A stretch of 64,000 bases of DNA from Phyllosticta citribraziliensis. Taxonomy: Eukaryota. The notes beneath the pieces are model-generated. The model was not told where the DNA came from, did not search any database, and was given only the letters and a program-made list of their open reading frames with translations. The stretch is taken from positions 310,001 to 374,000 of the forward strand of contig NW_027117345.1 of assembly GCF_038025025.1 (NCBI RefSeq), written 5' to 3'. Positions 13,788 to 27,210 of this stretch are shown in pieces. Within the stretch, counting starts at the first letter, position 1; each line of letters opens with the position of its first letter. The translations under genes and the position numbers were made by a program.

Positions 13788-15316
13788 ATGAATGAGTCGG
13801 TCATTGTCATTGGTAGCGGCACCTGGGGCACCTCGACGGCCTTGGAGTTGGCAAAGAGGGGCTACACGAATGTCACTTGTTTGGACAAGAGACGTACGTT
13901 TAATCTGCGCCACCTGGACGTACATCGCCTGACCCGAATTCCAGCTTTTCCTTCGGTCGATTCTGCCGCCTATGATTTGAACAAGATAATACGGACCGAG
14001 TATGACGAAGAGCTCTACTCGGAAATGGGTTCGTCAGACCAATTCGAAGTTTACCGATCTTTCTAACACGACCATTAGCCATTGAAGCCATACAAGCATG
14101 GCGGCAACCCATGTTTGACGGCATATTCCACGAAACGGGCAAGTTGTACCACATCGTCCCTGTGCAAAACTCATCACTGACCTCTCGACAGGATGGCTAG
14201 TCACCACGTCTGGTGACCCCGAAGCAGCTCGCCGCCTGCGGCAAGCATATCAAAACCTAGTCGACCGAGACCAGGCCAAAGGCGTCGAGTTTGTCGAGGG
14301 CAAAGCCGACATCGTCAAGCACGTTCCCCAGCTAGCCCAAGCAAAGGGCATCGCGGACTGGAAGGGGTTTTGGAACCCGCAGGCCGGATGGGCGCATGCG
14401 CGGAATGCGTTGGAGAAGGTTGGCAGCGAGGTGAGTGCTGTCCTCTTCTCTCATCTTCGACGACTTTTGAAGTCTGACTGACCGCACGCAGGCCATGAAG
14501 CTGGGCGTCAAATTCATCGGCGGGCCCGAAGGCCAAATGACAGGCCTCTCCATCTCGCCCTCCGGCTCCCTGCTCGGCATCAAAGTAGCCTCGGGCGCCA
14601 TCCACAGCGCCTCACACTACATCCTCAGCACCGGCGCCGCCTCACCGGCCCTGCTCCCCTCGCTCCTGGCACCTCACCTGTGGTCCAAATGCTGGACGCT
14701 GGGCCACATCGAATGCGACGACGCCGAGCTCGCCGCCTTCGCCGGCTGCCCCGTCGTCGACAACCGCGAGCTGGGCTTCTTCTTCGAGCCCGACCGCGCC
14801 ACGCGCCGCCTCAAGCTGTGCAACGAGTTCCAGGGCTACCAGTACCGCGTCGGCCGCACCACGTCGCCGCGCGGCGACGGCACGCCGCTCGACTTCTCCG
14901 TCCCCTACTACGCCAGCGAGCACCCGGGAGAGCCCATCCCGGACGAGGCCCTCGCCGGCATGCGGCGCCTCGTCGACGCCGTGCTGCCGCAGTTCAGCGG
15001 CCGCGACATCGTCGGCGCGTCCATCTGCTGGTGCACCGATACCGCCGACCGCCATTTTCTGATCGATCGCCACCCGCGGTTCCCGCAGCTGCTGCTCGCC
15101 ACGGGGGATAGCGGGCATGCGTTCAAGTTTCTGCCGACCATGGGGAGCTACATTGTTGACGCGCTGGAGGGGAAGCCGAGGGGGTTGAAGAAGGAGTGGA
15201 GCTTGCGGGAGCGGCAGTGGGGGCATGATGATTCGAGGCCGGGGGAGCGGGTCAAGGATTTGAGGGAGGTCGGTATGGGGGTTGGTGGTGGTGATGAGAC
15301 TAAGAGTAAGCTGTAA
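13788..15316 (+). CDS. FAD-dependent oxidase of the fructosyl-amino acid oxidase / sarcosine / pipecolate oxidase family
   Basis: VIVIGSGTWGTSTALEL, SAAYDLNKIIR, CWCTDTADRHFLI, LATGDSGHAFKFLP, with several short introns. Confidence 0.85.
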
Positions 15317-15715
15317 ATAGATGCAGAGTATTGGTGAGTGGATTTGCGAAGCTTTTACTCACTTTGGCCTGCAACTTGTAACATAGTCATTCCATCTCTT
15401 TTCGAACATGCAGAAGATCGAGCACACAAAAAAAGCCCTAGATTACACAAAAATCTGAATATCTTCAATTGCAAATCATAAAAGTCATCCAACTGGCCAG
15501 AAATGCGGCATGTCCACCATGGCCAAAAGGCCCAATGCTGCTGCGTCCATGCAAATATGCAGAATACCTAAAAGTCGGTGGATGGTCGTAAGTAAGAAAA
15601 AGATCCCAATAATGCCAAACCATGCCCAACCATGCTGGCTCCAAATGACCCCAAGATGCCGTCCAAATCCCATAATCCAAGAAGAAAATCCAGTCCAATC
15701 CCCCACAAGAGAAAA

Positions 15716-17819
15716 TTAGAGAAGGAGAGCGCCCGTCACGCCGACAGCGCCCACAAACGCCGCCGCAGCCGGCACAGTTGTGCGCTTCAACGCCGCACTC
15801 TTGACGTTGATGGCCTGGAGGCGCATCTGGGGCTGATACGGGGTCGGGGAGTTGGAGGCGCGGGTGCCGTTCCAACAGTAGCGGTCGAAGCACTGGGTGC
15901 AAATGTCCGGGACGGCCGTGTTTGTGCGGTTCCAGCTGCGCGACATGATGGCGCAGCCGACGCAGGCAGGCCAGTCGGCGTCGACGGTGCCGTTGCCCAT
16001 GGTCGCCACGTTGTAGCCGTTTTCGATCACGGCATTGCGCTGCGCCACCGTGTAGCTGTCGGTGAAGGTCGAGATGTTGCTGTTGAAGACGTAGGGCGAG
16101 TTCTGTGACGACGTTAGAGGTGATAGGTTTGTGAGATTTGGGGATGGCACTCACCGGGACGTAGACGACGATGGGGGTGCTGCTCGAAAAGTTGCCTGCG
16201 TCACAGCCAAACATGGTGGGCTTGTTGTTCAGGCCCAGGTTGACGAATGTGTTTTGGTCTGGGATGCTGGGGAAAATGGTTCCGTTGGCCTGAGAGGCGT
16301 TCAAGGATCTTTCGTACGTCGCGACGAGTGCTGTTCCATTCGGCCAGTTGGCACCTGGGTCAGAAGTGTCGGCGGATGAGTCTACAGCAAAGATGACATC
16401 CACGTTGCGTAGGGGCTGGATCAAAGGCGTAAGCGGAAGATTTTGAAGATCCTCGCCTCCATCGACCAGTGTGAGTTGTTTGTCAGCCGAGTTGGGGTTT
16501 GTGGCATTGTTCCAACCAAAGAATGGATTCGGCTCCCACGAAGCGATATCCTCCTCATTCTGGCCGACCTTTTCAAGCACAGAAGTCAAGACTCCCTTGA
16601 GCGCAGACGGGACACCGCTCGTCGAGTTGATCTGCAGAAGGAACTGATTGAAGAGAGAAGACGAAGTGCCCATGACAAAGGCGGCATTGTCGAATCCACG
16701 GATACAAGACTCGTTGGTCGGGAGAGATCCGGCGCTAAAGTTGGAACCAATGTAGCGAAGAGGTACAAAGCCAAAGACGGTCGGATCGTATGAGCCCATT
16801 TCCCACGGAGTAAACTCGAAATTGGTCGCGTTGCTGGAAACAATAGTCTGGCCTGGGTTGCGCTCGTCGGCAACCAAAATCGGCATGGGCGCGTTGCCTT
16901 GCTTGAAGGTGGTGTCATCCTGAATGGAGGAGAAGGTGTAGGCTGGCCCGCCGTCAGAGGCATTCACCAGCTGGAAAGAAAGAGCTCGGCCCCAGTAATC
17001 TGTAAGGGTGGTATCGAAACCAGCATTGCCCTTGGATTGGACCGAGTCGTAGAGGTTGTTGTAGTACTGTGCCGTGTCGAGAATTTGGAAGCCTCCGGTG
17101 TCTGGGCCCTCAAAAATGGAATTTTCAAGCTGCCACAAGGATCCAGAGTAGTCGGGCGTGGTGTTGATGATTGCTTGCACAGAAGTAAAGTTGTTGGTGT
17201 ACAAGCTGCCTACCAACCAACCTCCACCCGAGAGGCCAGCGAGATAGGTGGACGACTGCAGCAGGCCTCCTAAATGACCTTTTCCAGTCGAGTTCTCCGT
17301 CCTCGAGTCGTAGGCTGCAACGGCACCAGCACCATTCAACATGGCACGGTAGCCTCCTCCAGACACAGCAACGGCAATATTTGGGAGGGCCGAGTCGTTG
17401 TTCGCGTGGTTGTCAATGTAGGAGTTCGAGTCAAAGCCTGTAATGGCCAGGCGGCCAAGGAATTCGCGCATGGCGGGAACAGTGACATTGCGCCTGGACT
17501 TTAGCCATGAAGTCTCCTCTTGAGATAGAGCGAGGGCGTTTCTGAGCTGTGGTCTTGAGGGCGGACAGTCGACCCTGGAAGGAGTGTAGCCATTGGGAGC
17601 GTCAGGAGAGCCACGCTTGTATAAAGCGGGGGCAAGGGCCAGGGCGGCAGCTTCCTCTGGACTTGGATCGCGAGGAAGCGCAACGACGCCGGCTGACGTG
17701 CGTGTTAGCAGACAAAAGGAGTGTTTTGATTGCAATTGAGTTTCTGGCGGCTTACCTGACGCGTGCGAGACTAGGCCAGTCAGGGCGGCCAGCGAGGCCA
17801 GGGATGTCTGAAGCTTCAT
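15716..17819 (-). CDS. PLB1: Secreted lysophospholipase / phospholipase B with probable GPI-type C-terminus
   Basis: Signal peptide MKLQTSLASLAAL, SGGGYRAML, GLSGGGW catalytic Ser motif, VDGGEDLQNLP, and a hydrophobic C-terminus. Introns near 17755-17695 and 16154-16103. Confidence 0.92.
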
Positions 17820-19125
17820 GATTTTGCGAGGGGGCACAAAGGCGATTGTCGCGCACACGAGCAGACAGCAGCGAGAGGGCCAGATTTGTAGGGGCGGCGC
17901 CAGGTGATTCTTTGTCGCGGGTGCAGGGAATGGCTGGGAGCGAAAGCTGGTGGGGACGTCACGGCGACGGGCAACGAGCGGAAGTTCGGATGGCGGTTTG
18001 TCTACCTAGGGGCCAGGAAAGCAACGGAATGACATCAGCTTCTATACATACCTACATGTACAGTACAGTACAGGAGATGGGCCGCAGCGCAGCGCAGCGC
18101 ACAGCAGGCCGCAGCATGATGATTCAGATCAGTAGCCGCCCGCCAGCCACGGTGCCGAATAGAGGGCCATCTGGCGCGACAAAGAAGAAAAAAGTGTATC
18201 ACCAGCTCAGCAATTGTGGCAGCCCTACGCCTAGCTCTCCTCGATCCATGCACGTTGATGGCGGGCGCACCTTGCGGCTCTCCCGCCTCATCCTAGCCTC
18301 TTCTTTTTGCACATCGTCATCGCCGTCTCCTTCTCCTGGTCGTCGATCCACGACTCCAGTACTCCGTATACCTACACGACACGACCTGCACATGCCCACG
18401 CCCATCTCATGCACCGCCTGCGACCAAGACGCCATCGCCGTTACCTGCCCGTGTTGCGTGGCCGCGACTTGGCTCCGACTGACAACGAGGGGCATCCCAG
18501 GCCCTGCAAATCCCTTGCACAATTTCTGACTGTCGGTTGCGGATGCATCCGCACCTCTCGCCTCTCAAACGGCGGCTGTGCGGGCCCCGACCACCGACTT
18601 CAGACATGTCATCAAGGCTGTTTGGACTCTGCGTTTCCGGAATTTTGCTGCCTGGAAATTTCTCTTTTCCCTGTGCCATTCATGAATTTTCGTTCAAAAC
18701 CATGTCAGCATGCCGAGACGTAACGTCATCGACGGTCACCGACGGCGCGGACAAGTCATCGAAAGATGATTACGTGCCGGTCTGGACGAAAGCTTTCTCC
18801 AGCCCAATATCGCGAGAATTCACCACGGGCAGTGACTTTTGAATTAGACCTTAGCCACGGCGAGTTATTGCAGAGCCTCAACACCCGACTCCATGGTGTC
18901 GGCGGGCTGTCCGTTCCACTGACTCACGCCGCGTCAAACCCCACCACATACCTAGATCCCACTTTTCGTCGTCATCAATCCATCTCCCCGCGACTCTCTT
19001 TCGACCTTGACCTTGATTCTTCTTCAGCATTCTCTCAACAAGCACAGCACATTCTATCAAAAGCTCCCAGCCCGTCTTGCGATTCTGCTCAGCAAATTGA
19101 CTTCGCACTGCTAAACGTCGACACC

Positions 19126-20202
19126 ATGGCCCCAAAGATTCATTGTGTGCGCCACGCCGAGGGCTTTCACAATCTTGTAGTACTTCCCCGCCATTTAGAC
19201 CGCTCGCCTACTGATCATGGAGCCGCCGGCGCGGCTCGGCTTGCAGACTCCAGACAACCACTCGCTTCCAGATCCCCTCCTCACCGAACACGGCAAACAG
19301 CAATGCTACGACCTGCGCGACAGCTTCCCGTACCAATCCCAGGTCTCACACGTCGTTGCCTCTCCCATCAAACGCACCATCTACACCGCCCTGCTCGCCT
19401 TCTCGCCCGTCATCGAGCAAAAGAAGCTCAAGGTCATCGCCCTGCCCGAGTTGCAGGAGACGAGCGATCTGCCTTGTGACACGGGTAGCGATCCGGCAGA
19501 GGTCGCGCGCGAGTTTGATGGACAGCCCGTGGACCTGAGCCTCGTCGAGGAAGGCTGGAATTCGAAAAAGGGCAGATGGGCGCCCGAGAGCGCCGCAATC
19601 GAGGCGCGAGCCCGCGACGCGAGGCAATGGCTGCGGGCGTTAGCCGCCAGGAGCAGCGATGATGATGTCGAAATCGTCGTCGTGACGCACGGCGGCTATC
19701 TCCACTTTTTGACGGGCGACTGGGACGGCTTTGATCAATTCAAGGGTAGGTCCAAGATTTATTATGCGCCGGCCGTGACAGGAACCGAAGCGCGGGAACG
19801 CTGCATGAATTTGCCATTTGCTGTCCTTCCCGCCGCTTCGCCTCGGCATCCTTCTTCCCACATGGTTTCTCTCGTCCTAGCCTCGCGCATGCCATTGTGG
19901 CTGTAACTGCCCCTCCAGCATTCACGCATCCAACTAATCTTTCGATCACAGGCACCGGTTGGGCCAACACCGAATGGCGCACCTACACCATCGATCCCTC
20001 ATCTGGCACCGAGGCCTCCTTCATCGAGACGTCCGAGTCACTCGCGCGCCGCGGCCGCTCTGCCGATGCCAAGATTGCCAACGGCGACAGCCACAGAGAT
20101 ACGGCCGCGAACGGCGGCACGGCGGGCACGGGCAAGAAGGACACGGCATCAGGCCCGGCCGTTAAGGACGTGGGTGTCGACGGAGTCAAGTCGAGTATGT
20201 GA
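19126..20202 (+). CDS. Histidine phosphatase / phosphoglycerate mutase-like protein
   Basis: IHCVRHAEGFHNL, ASPIKRTIYT, LQETSDLPCDTGS, VVTHGGYLH, GWANTEWR. Two introns. Confidence 0.85.
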
Positions 20203-21153
20203 GACAGGCATAGTAGACGGATGTTGGAAGAAGACCCTAGACGGATAGATAGATGGACTTGGGTTAAAGTGGCTCATTGGTAGAGTAGATCAGACGTGCA
20301 GACTTGGATAGACAAGACTTGGATACCATCCTGAAGGTTTCAACACCACAGGCGGGCCTGGAGATTCTGCCTCTGGTACGGTGATTTGGCTGGGAGCATT
20401 CGTTCTCGTTGAAAGTTAGAGACGAAGACCACTCGCGCTTCTCTTGCCAGTGAATCTACATACACATCAGTTGATCAAGAAGTGTCCCGCAAAGCCTCAA
20501 CTCACCAAATGTCTACCGATGTCATATTATGCAGATAATTGGTCCCACCCGGCAGTGAGACGACCATTAGAAAAATGCGTCCAATCAAATGCTCCGCGTA
20601 GGCGATGACTGATGAACTAGTCTAGACTTCTATCCTTTCCTAGACATTGTCAACTTTGTTCAAGGTGCATTTCACGCTAGATTTAGACGGCTGAATCAAC
20701 CCATACCGCCAGCTCTTGAAAATGTCCCAACATCGCATGTCGACGCCTGGTAGTGGACAGCTGCCGATAGCCCAACGCCCTGACCACCCAGTCCTCAACG
20801 GGATAGCGGGGCGGGCACGACCAGGATTCGCGATGGGAATGACTCGCGCACCATTTTTTCGCCCCGCCGTCGTCCGACTGTGGATGATTTCTGCGGTGCC
20901 ATCCAGAAGTCTTGTCTCCCTCGCTCCAACAGTTTAGATTGACGGATACGAATCATTGCTCGCGCTCGCTGCCAATTGCTCCTCCACCTCCGCTTCCCAC
21001 CCATTCGCTATACGGTACGCGTCAAACACGAGCACGAGCTGCGCGCAAACCACTGCTTCCGCCCACCGCGCTTCCATCCGCATCCGCACCACGAAGACGA
21101 CGACGACGACATCCGCCGCCCGCCGCGCTCCCTTCGCTGCCTAGCTCAGCACA

Positions 21154-22866
21154 ATGACGGCGCCCTCTGCTCCGGCCGTGGCGCCGGTGCTCTCGACGCC
21201 CGAGACGCGCATCTTCGAGGACCCCACCGAGCCCATCGAGCCCGCCTCCGTCGGCCGCATACCAGACGCGCAGCTGGCCGCCGTGTACGAGGTGGAGCGG
21301 ACGGTGCGCGAGATACGCGCCGGCCGCTGGAAGCGCGTCGCGCTGCAGTTTCCGGACGGCATGCTGGTCGATGCGCCGCGCGTGTACGAGGGTCTAAGGA
21401 GGGGGTTGGCCGCGGCGAGGGCGCGGGCAGAGAAGGACGGCGGTGATGAGGTCGCGCGGCGCTTGGATGGCGTGCGTTTGGAAGAGGTGGAGACGGACAA
21501 GAGTGCGCAGGAGGCGGACGAGGAAGAGCAGTTGTATATCTTGGGCGACACTTCGTACGGCGCGTGTTGCGTGGATGAGATTGCGGCAGAGCATGTCGAT
21601 GCTGATGTCGTGGTGCATTATGGACGGTCGTGTCTGTCGCCCACCGCACGCTTGCCCGTCATCTACGTCTTTACAACGCGCCCGCTGGAGCTGGATCCTG
21701 TCGTGGCGTGCTTCGAGCAGACTTATCCGGACAAGCAGCAAAAGATTGTGCTGATGGCAGATATCCCGTACTCTGGCTACTTGGCCGAGTTGCACGGGCG
21801 ACTAAGAGAAAATGGGTACGCTCATGTCTTTCTTACTGACATTGTACATGATCCTTCGGCGCCGCTGCCGAACAGGACGATGCCGCCAGAAGTCAAGGAT
21901 GATGCACAGGCATTGAGGGAATACCAACTCTTTCACATTTCGGATCCGCCCACGGCGCTGCTGCTCACCTTGTCGTCGCGCGTTGCGGCAATTCACATTT
22001 ATCCCACGACGGGCGAAATTTCGACACGGCCGCAAGCCCTCCTTGCAACATCTGCGCAGACGCTGCGTCGGCGGTATGCGCTGCTCACGCGGTTGTCGAC
22101 AGTCCCAGTGTTTGGCATCCTTATCAACACGCTGTCGGTCAAAAACTACCTCCACGTTGTTGAGCATGTCAAGCGAATCATTGCCGAGGCAGACAAAAAG
22201 AGCTACACGTTCGTAGTGGGCAAGATTAACGCGGCCAAGGTGGCCAACTTTTCCGAGGTTGGCGGGTGGGTGGTGATTGGATGCTGGGAGAGCAGCCTGA
22301 TAGAAAGCAAGGAATTCTGGAGGCCCATCATCACGCCGTTCGAGCTGCAGCTGGCGCTCAAGAGCGACGAGGAGCGGATATGGACTGGCGAGTGGACGGG
22401 CGACTTTGAGGCGGTTTTGAAAGAGGGTGGCGATAAGGAGGACGGCGGGGCGCAAGCAGCAGAGGTCGACGACGAAAACGGCAATTCGTCGTCTGAGGAA
22501 GAGTCGGCGCCGCCCGAGTTCGACCTACGCACCGGACGCTACGTCTCGCACGCACGGCCGATGCGGACAACAGCAACGGCCGGACACGGTGGTCGACGGA
22601 ATGATGCGACGGCGATCAATGCCTCCGCGCAGCTTATCAAGCGTGCAAATGGCGATGTCGCACAGATTGGCGGCGTGGCATCTCCGGGGGCCGAGTTTCT
22701 GCGCAGCCAGCGCACATGGCAGGGCCTGGGCAGCGACTTTGATCAGGACGACGAGTCGGGGCGACGTGGAGCTGTCATGGAGGAAGGGCGGAGCGGCATA
22801 GCGCGAGGTTACACGCACGGGGTTGGGGTTGGGGATGGCGATGCGGCGGCTCGGGAGGTTAGGTAG
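21154..22866 (+). CDS. DPH2: Diphthamide biosynthesis protein 2
   Basis: RVALQFPD, ILGDTSYGACCVDEIAAEHVDAD, VGKINAAKVANF, PIITPFEL, RTWQGLG, EEGRSGIARGY. Single 570-aa ORF. Confidence 0.95.
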   Translation: MTAPSAPAVAPVLSTPETRIFEDPTEPIEPASVGRIPDAQLAAVYEVERTVREIRAGRWKRVALQFPDGMLVDAPRVYEGLRRGLAAARARAEKDGGDEVARRLDGVRLEEVETDKSAQEADEEEQLYILGDTSYGACCVDEIAAEHVDADVVVHYGRSCLSPTARLPVIYVFTTRPLELDPVVACFEQTYPDKQQKIVLMADIPYSGYLAELHGRLRENGYAHVFLTDIVHDPSAPLPNRTMPPEVKDDAQALREYQLFHISDPPTALLLTLSSRVAAIHIYPTTGEISTRPQALLATSAQTLRRRYALLTRLSTVPVFGILINTLSVKNYLHVVEHVKRIIAEADKKSYTFVVGKINAAKVANFSEVGGWVVIGCWESSLIESKEFWRPIITPFELQLALKSDEERIWTGEWTGDFEAVLKEGGDKEDGGAQAAEVDDENGNSSSEEESAPPEFDLRTGRYVSHARPMRTTATAGHGGRRNDATAINASAQLIKRANGDVAQIGGVASPGAEFLRSQRTWQGLGSDFDQDDESGRRGAVMEEGRSGIARGYTHGVGVGDGDAAAREVR

Positions 22867-23339
22867 ACACTGGACCAGAGTGAAGTGAGAGACGCGGTGC
22901 TGTCAGCCACCAGACATTCTCCAAACGGCGCTGACCTGAGCCCCAAACAAAGTTTTGAGCACGCGGTGCAGTGTGAATTCGGCGTCTCAGTCCAGCAGGT
23001 GAGAGCCGCCATCCATCGCTAACTGGACTCGAACTTGGCGCATTGGAGCCATCATCTCCCGTCGCGCGCCCTGTGTCGTCGGGGCACATCCTCGCCGAGC
23101 CAGCACAGCGCAGCGCAGCGCAGCGCACCACCTCTCCACAACCACCACCGCGTCCACCGCACCGCACCGCCCTCGACCCTGATCGCTCGACGCCGCTCTC
23201 CCAACCAGTTCCCGTGTGCCCTCCGACGACCCCGATCCCCAACCCTGCCTACCTCAGCTGCCTCGCCCACCTCAGCAGCCCGACCGACCGCCTCGCTTGC
23301 CGAGAGACGCAACACCACCACCTCCAAGACGGCACCGGC

Positions 23340-26300
23340 ATGGCCTCTGTCCAAGTCACGCCGTCAGATGTCCTCCGACACCCCCACAACGCCACCCTCG
23401 TCGCTGCCAATTCCGACGTCTGCGAGAGCGATGAAAACTCTTCCATCATGTCCTCCTCTGCCACAACCACGCCGCCGCCGTCGCTAAGCCGCTTCGAAAG
23501 GGTCCTCACGACCCACCCGACCATTGTTGAGAGCCTCCTCGCTCAGCTCCCCACCCGGTCGCTCCTCGACCTCCATCACACCTCTCGTCACCTCCGCGCC
23601 TTTCTGGCGTCATATCCTCTCGCCTGGAGAACCGTCAGCTTCCGAGGACCCCAGCCAGCCCTCGGCATCAACCAGTTTGATGGCGACCCGGCCGAGACCC
23701 AGGCGCGGAACGCCAAACAGTATGCCCTCGACTCGCTGCTCATCCAAGTCATTGTGCCATTTGGCACCCGCTTGACGAGCCTCGATCTCTGCAACACCAC
23801 CGTTTCCGGCGTCAGGCTCGTGTCGCGCGTTCTCGAGCCAAGGGTCCAGACACTGCAACACTTGAGCGTCCGCGGGTGCAAGAACGTCTCGATAAAGTAC
23901 CACCTCGTGCCCTTTTTGGAGCCATACATCCACTCGGCGAGTCCGTGGGCGAATACAAGCGAGCTGGCGTTGAAGAGTCTGTACACGTACCGCTGCAGGC
24001 ACCACCGCCGGCGGCCATATCTCCCGTCGTCACTGATGCGGCGCGACTCGGACTCGGAGCCTACGCACCAGCTCATCGAAATATGCCACCAGCTGGGCAT
24101 CTGGACGGACACAATGTGGTGCACGACGCCGGGCGGCCGCTGTTTCCGGAGAAAGGACTACTACTCTGGCCGTGCTGCCCCCGGCACCAACGAGGTCTGG
24201 GTGCCCTTTGACCGGTTATGGCGCTCCGGCAACAGAATCGGACCGGGCTCAAAGACGCCGTCGAACCACTCGGACGGACGGCTGTGGGAAGACATGGAGA
24301 CGGGTCAGGATGGCGAGCCACTGGGCACGACGGGCGGGCCGTTCAAGGGAGAGGGCAAGGACGTGCCAGCCCACCTCCGCAAGAGCCACAGACTGTTTGT
24401 CGAGGACATCAAATGTGACCAGTGCAACGATCCCATTTTGGAGCGGTGCGAGCAGTGCAGCATTCGAATGCACTGCATGGGCTGCCGCAAGACGCTGTGC
24501 GCCAGTTGCGCTTTCAACAGGCCCATTCCCCGCAAGCGGAGGCGGACGAATCGAGACTTTACGACGCAGGCATTCGGGCAAGTCAACATGAGCACCACAT
24601 CACTAACTCACTCCCCTTCAAGCAGCATTCAGAATGGCGACGGCCAGGGCAGAAGCAGAAAACACGACCGGTTTTGGTGGGCTCCCGGCGCCACGAGGTC
24701 GCCCAACCTCATGAGCGAATCCACCTCGGACGATGATGCGTCAGACTCCGACGAGATTGCCGTCGTCACTGCTAATCCTTTGACCATAACTACCATTTCC
24801 ACTCCGCCCAAGCTCAACATGCACTGGTGCTGCGTGGAGCCGGTCTTTTCTGGAGGCGGTGGCATCGTCGTTCTAGGGCCTGGTGTTGGTGGTAGAGGAG
24901 CTGACAGGATACGCGCGACGCCATTACCCAAGGGACAACAATACGAGGATCCCGACTTTACCTCGATCTTTCGGTCGCCAGACATGATTCGGGAAATGAA
25001 GAACGCATCGCTCTATGAGCACGTGCTCGGCGAGCAAGTCGACATTGTGCCGTACCTGATGCAGGAGAGCTTGGACTTGCAAGCATCGTCCTGCCCGCGT
25101 AGTCTCTGCCAAGACTGCTACCGTACCTTTCGTTGGAGGGTCCAGTGCAAGGCTTGCAAGAGGCCGTTGTGCAAGGAGCACGACTTTCGGGCGCTCAAGG
25201 TTCGCAAGTGTGGTTACCGTGAGCTTCACGTTGAGCGGGACCACGTTCGAGCCTACGCCCCGCCAACCCAGCCGTCTTCGAGCGCCGACTTGCACATTCC
25301 GCCGTTCGTACCACCGGAGCAGCGCGCCCTCCAGTCGAGTCCCATGGCCGTGACGGGTTCGTCTGATTCGTTTGCCTCGTCCTCGGGAGCCGAGCAGCAG
25401 CAAAACTTGGGCAATCACTGGATCTTTGGCAATACAGGCCCGGAAGATTCGGCGCTGGCAAATTCCATGTCGTCGCTTGGTCATTCGGAGCCGTCGATTC
25501 GCCCGCGTGCACTTAGCGCCTCGGATAATCGACCGTCGCGCTCGTCGTCGCCGTGGGGCAAGTCTCGTGATGCCCACTCACTTGCGGCAAAGTCGCAGGA
25601 GAGGGAGCGCGTGAGGCGAATGCTTCCCCTGCCTGGCTCGCCAAGGCACCCGGTGCAGTGGCGGGGCTGTGGCGCCTACTTTTGCCAACAGCTGCGGCCG
25701 GTGGGCGATTGCCGGCCTAGGTGTAATGCGGCCATGAGGGAGTGCTCGGCCTGCCGTGTGGTTGTTTGCGATGTAAGTTTTTTAGACGCAAAGAAAGACT
25801 CGACTAACGCCGAATAGGGCTGTCTGGACAGCAATCCCCCATGCAAATGCGCATACTGCTCGACGCACTACCACTGTCCCACGTGCGCGTCAACGCCCAG
25901 TGTCAAGAAACTTTGTCAGCGTGACGCGGAACGGGCAGCAGCCATCAAGAAGAAGATGGAGGAAGAGGCTCTGCGGAGAATGGAAGCAGAAGCACTGGTC
26001 CGCGCAGATGAGGCTGCCGAATCCGTTGGCCAGTTCTTTAGCAACCTATTCGACGTGGGCTCGTCTATACCTGCAGAGTGGCGGGACGACCTGAATAGGA
26101 CTGAGCACATTGAAGTGGCCGACGACGGCGCCCGCCACCGCTTCGTCCTGCCACAAATCGAGACCATGACCTCGCCTGACGTCCTCGACTCGACAGGCGC
26201 CGCCACGTACGCTGAGAGTTCGGCCATGGGCGCTGCCCGTGCGGCTGCGGCGGCGGCTGCTGCCAGCACGTCCACTTCAGCCTCGACGACGCACAAGGAG

Positions 26301-26894
26301 TCGACGCCCGACGAGATTCGCGACGCCGTCATGCAGATGCTGTCGAATATGGACTACGCCACGGTCGGCCAGGTGGCACGGCGCTCGCTTCCGTCGCTCG
26401 ACGCAGCGCCGCACGCCTCTTCAGCTCAGCAGCCGCTGGAACCGCAGAGCGCGACCACCGAGACGGTTGCGCCGGGCGGCGTCGCCGTGTTTGCCGGCAG
26501 CAATGCCAGCCTCTCCTCCCATGGACATGGACACGGGCACATGGCGGGCGCGGCAGAAGGCGGCGGCGTCATGGTGCCCCCCTCTGCGACCACCACAACA
26601 GCAGCGTCGTCGTCGTCATCGGCACATCACCACCACCACAACCACCATCATCATCATCATCACCACCACCACCTTTCAACGGCCGGCAGCAGCAGCAGCG
26701 TCGGCGACGACGGAGTGGGCGATGACAACGAAGATGACGCCGATGACGACACGGAGACGGACGGCGAGCCGCACTCGAGCGCGGACGACGAGGCGCCCGG
26801 TGACGACGAGGACGACGTCGATGTCGACGATGACAGCAGCCCTGTCGTCTCGGGCAGTGGGTCCAGCGCTGAGTTGATCAGTGTGGAGGCGTAG
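23340..26894 (+). CDS. Uncharacterised Cys-rich protein with N-terminal F-box/LRR-like segment and a His/acidic tail
   Basis: Long ORF joined in frame by intron 25773-25817 to the 25956 ORF. It has many CxxC clusters and an F-box-like segment IVESLLAQLPTRSLLDLHHTSRHLR. The start Met at 23340 is inferred. Confidence 0.65.
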
Positions 26895-27210
26895 GCGTAG
26901 GCGGCGGTAAACAAGCTACGTGGAGGGAGAGAGCATTCGATCTATCAGTCAGTCAATCAGTCAATCAGTCTATTTCATAGGCGCATGGAGCTCGGTGGAT
27001 GGGCAACTGGTACGGTATGGTACGATATGATATGGTCTGGGATTCATGGCTGGAGAAAAGCACGGATTTTGTCCCTCGACCCCTGGGGCAGATGGGGAGG
27101 GTGGGGAAGTCAAGTCAAGTCAAGTCACTTAAAGGAACTATACTAGTGCATCTATGAATGGACGTTATTCCTTCTTTCTTGCGAACTGTTGGCTGTGTGT
27201 GTGGTGCTGG

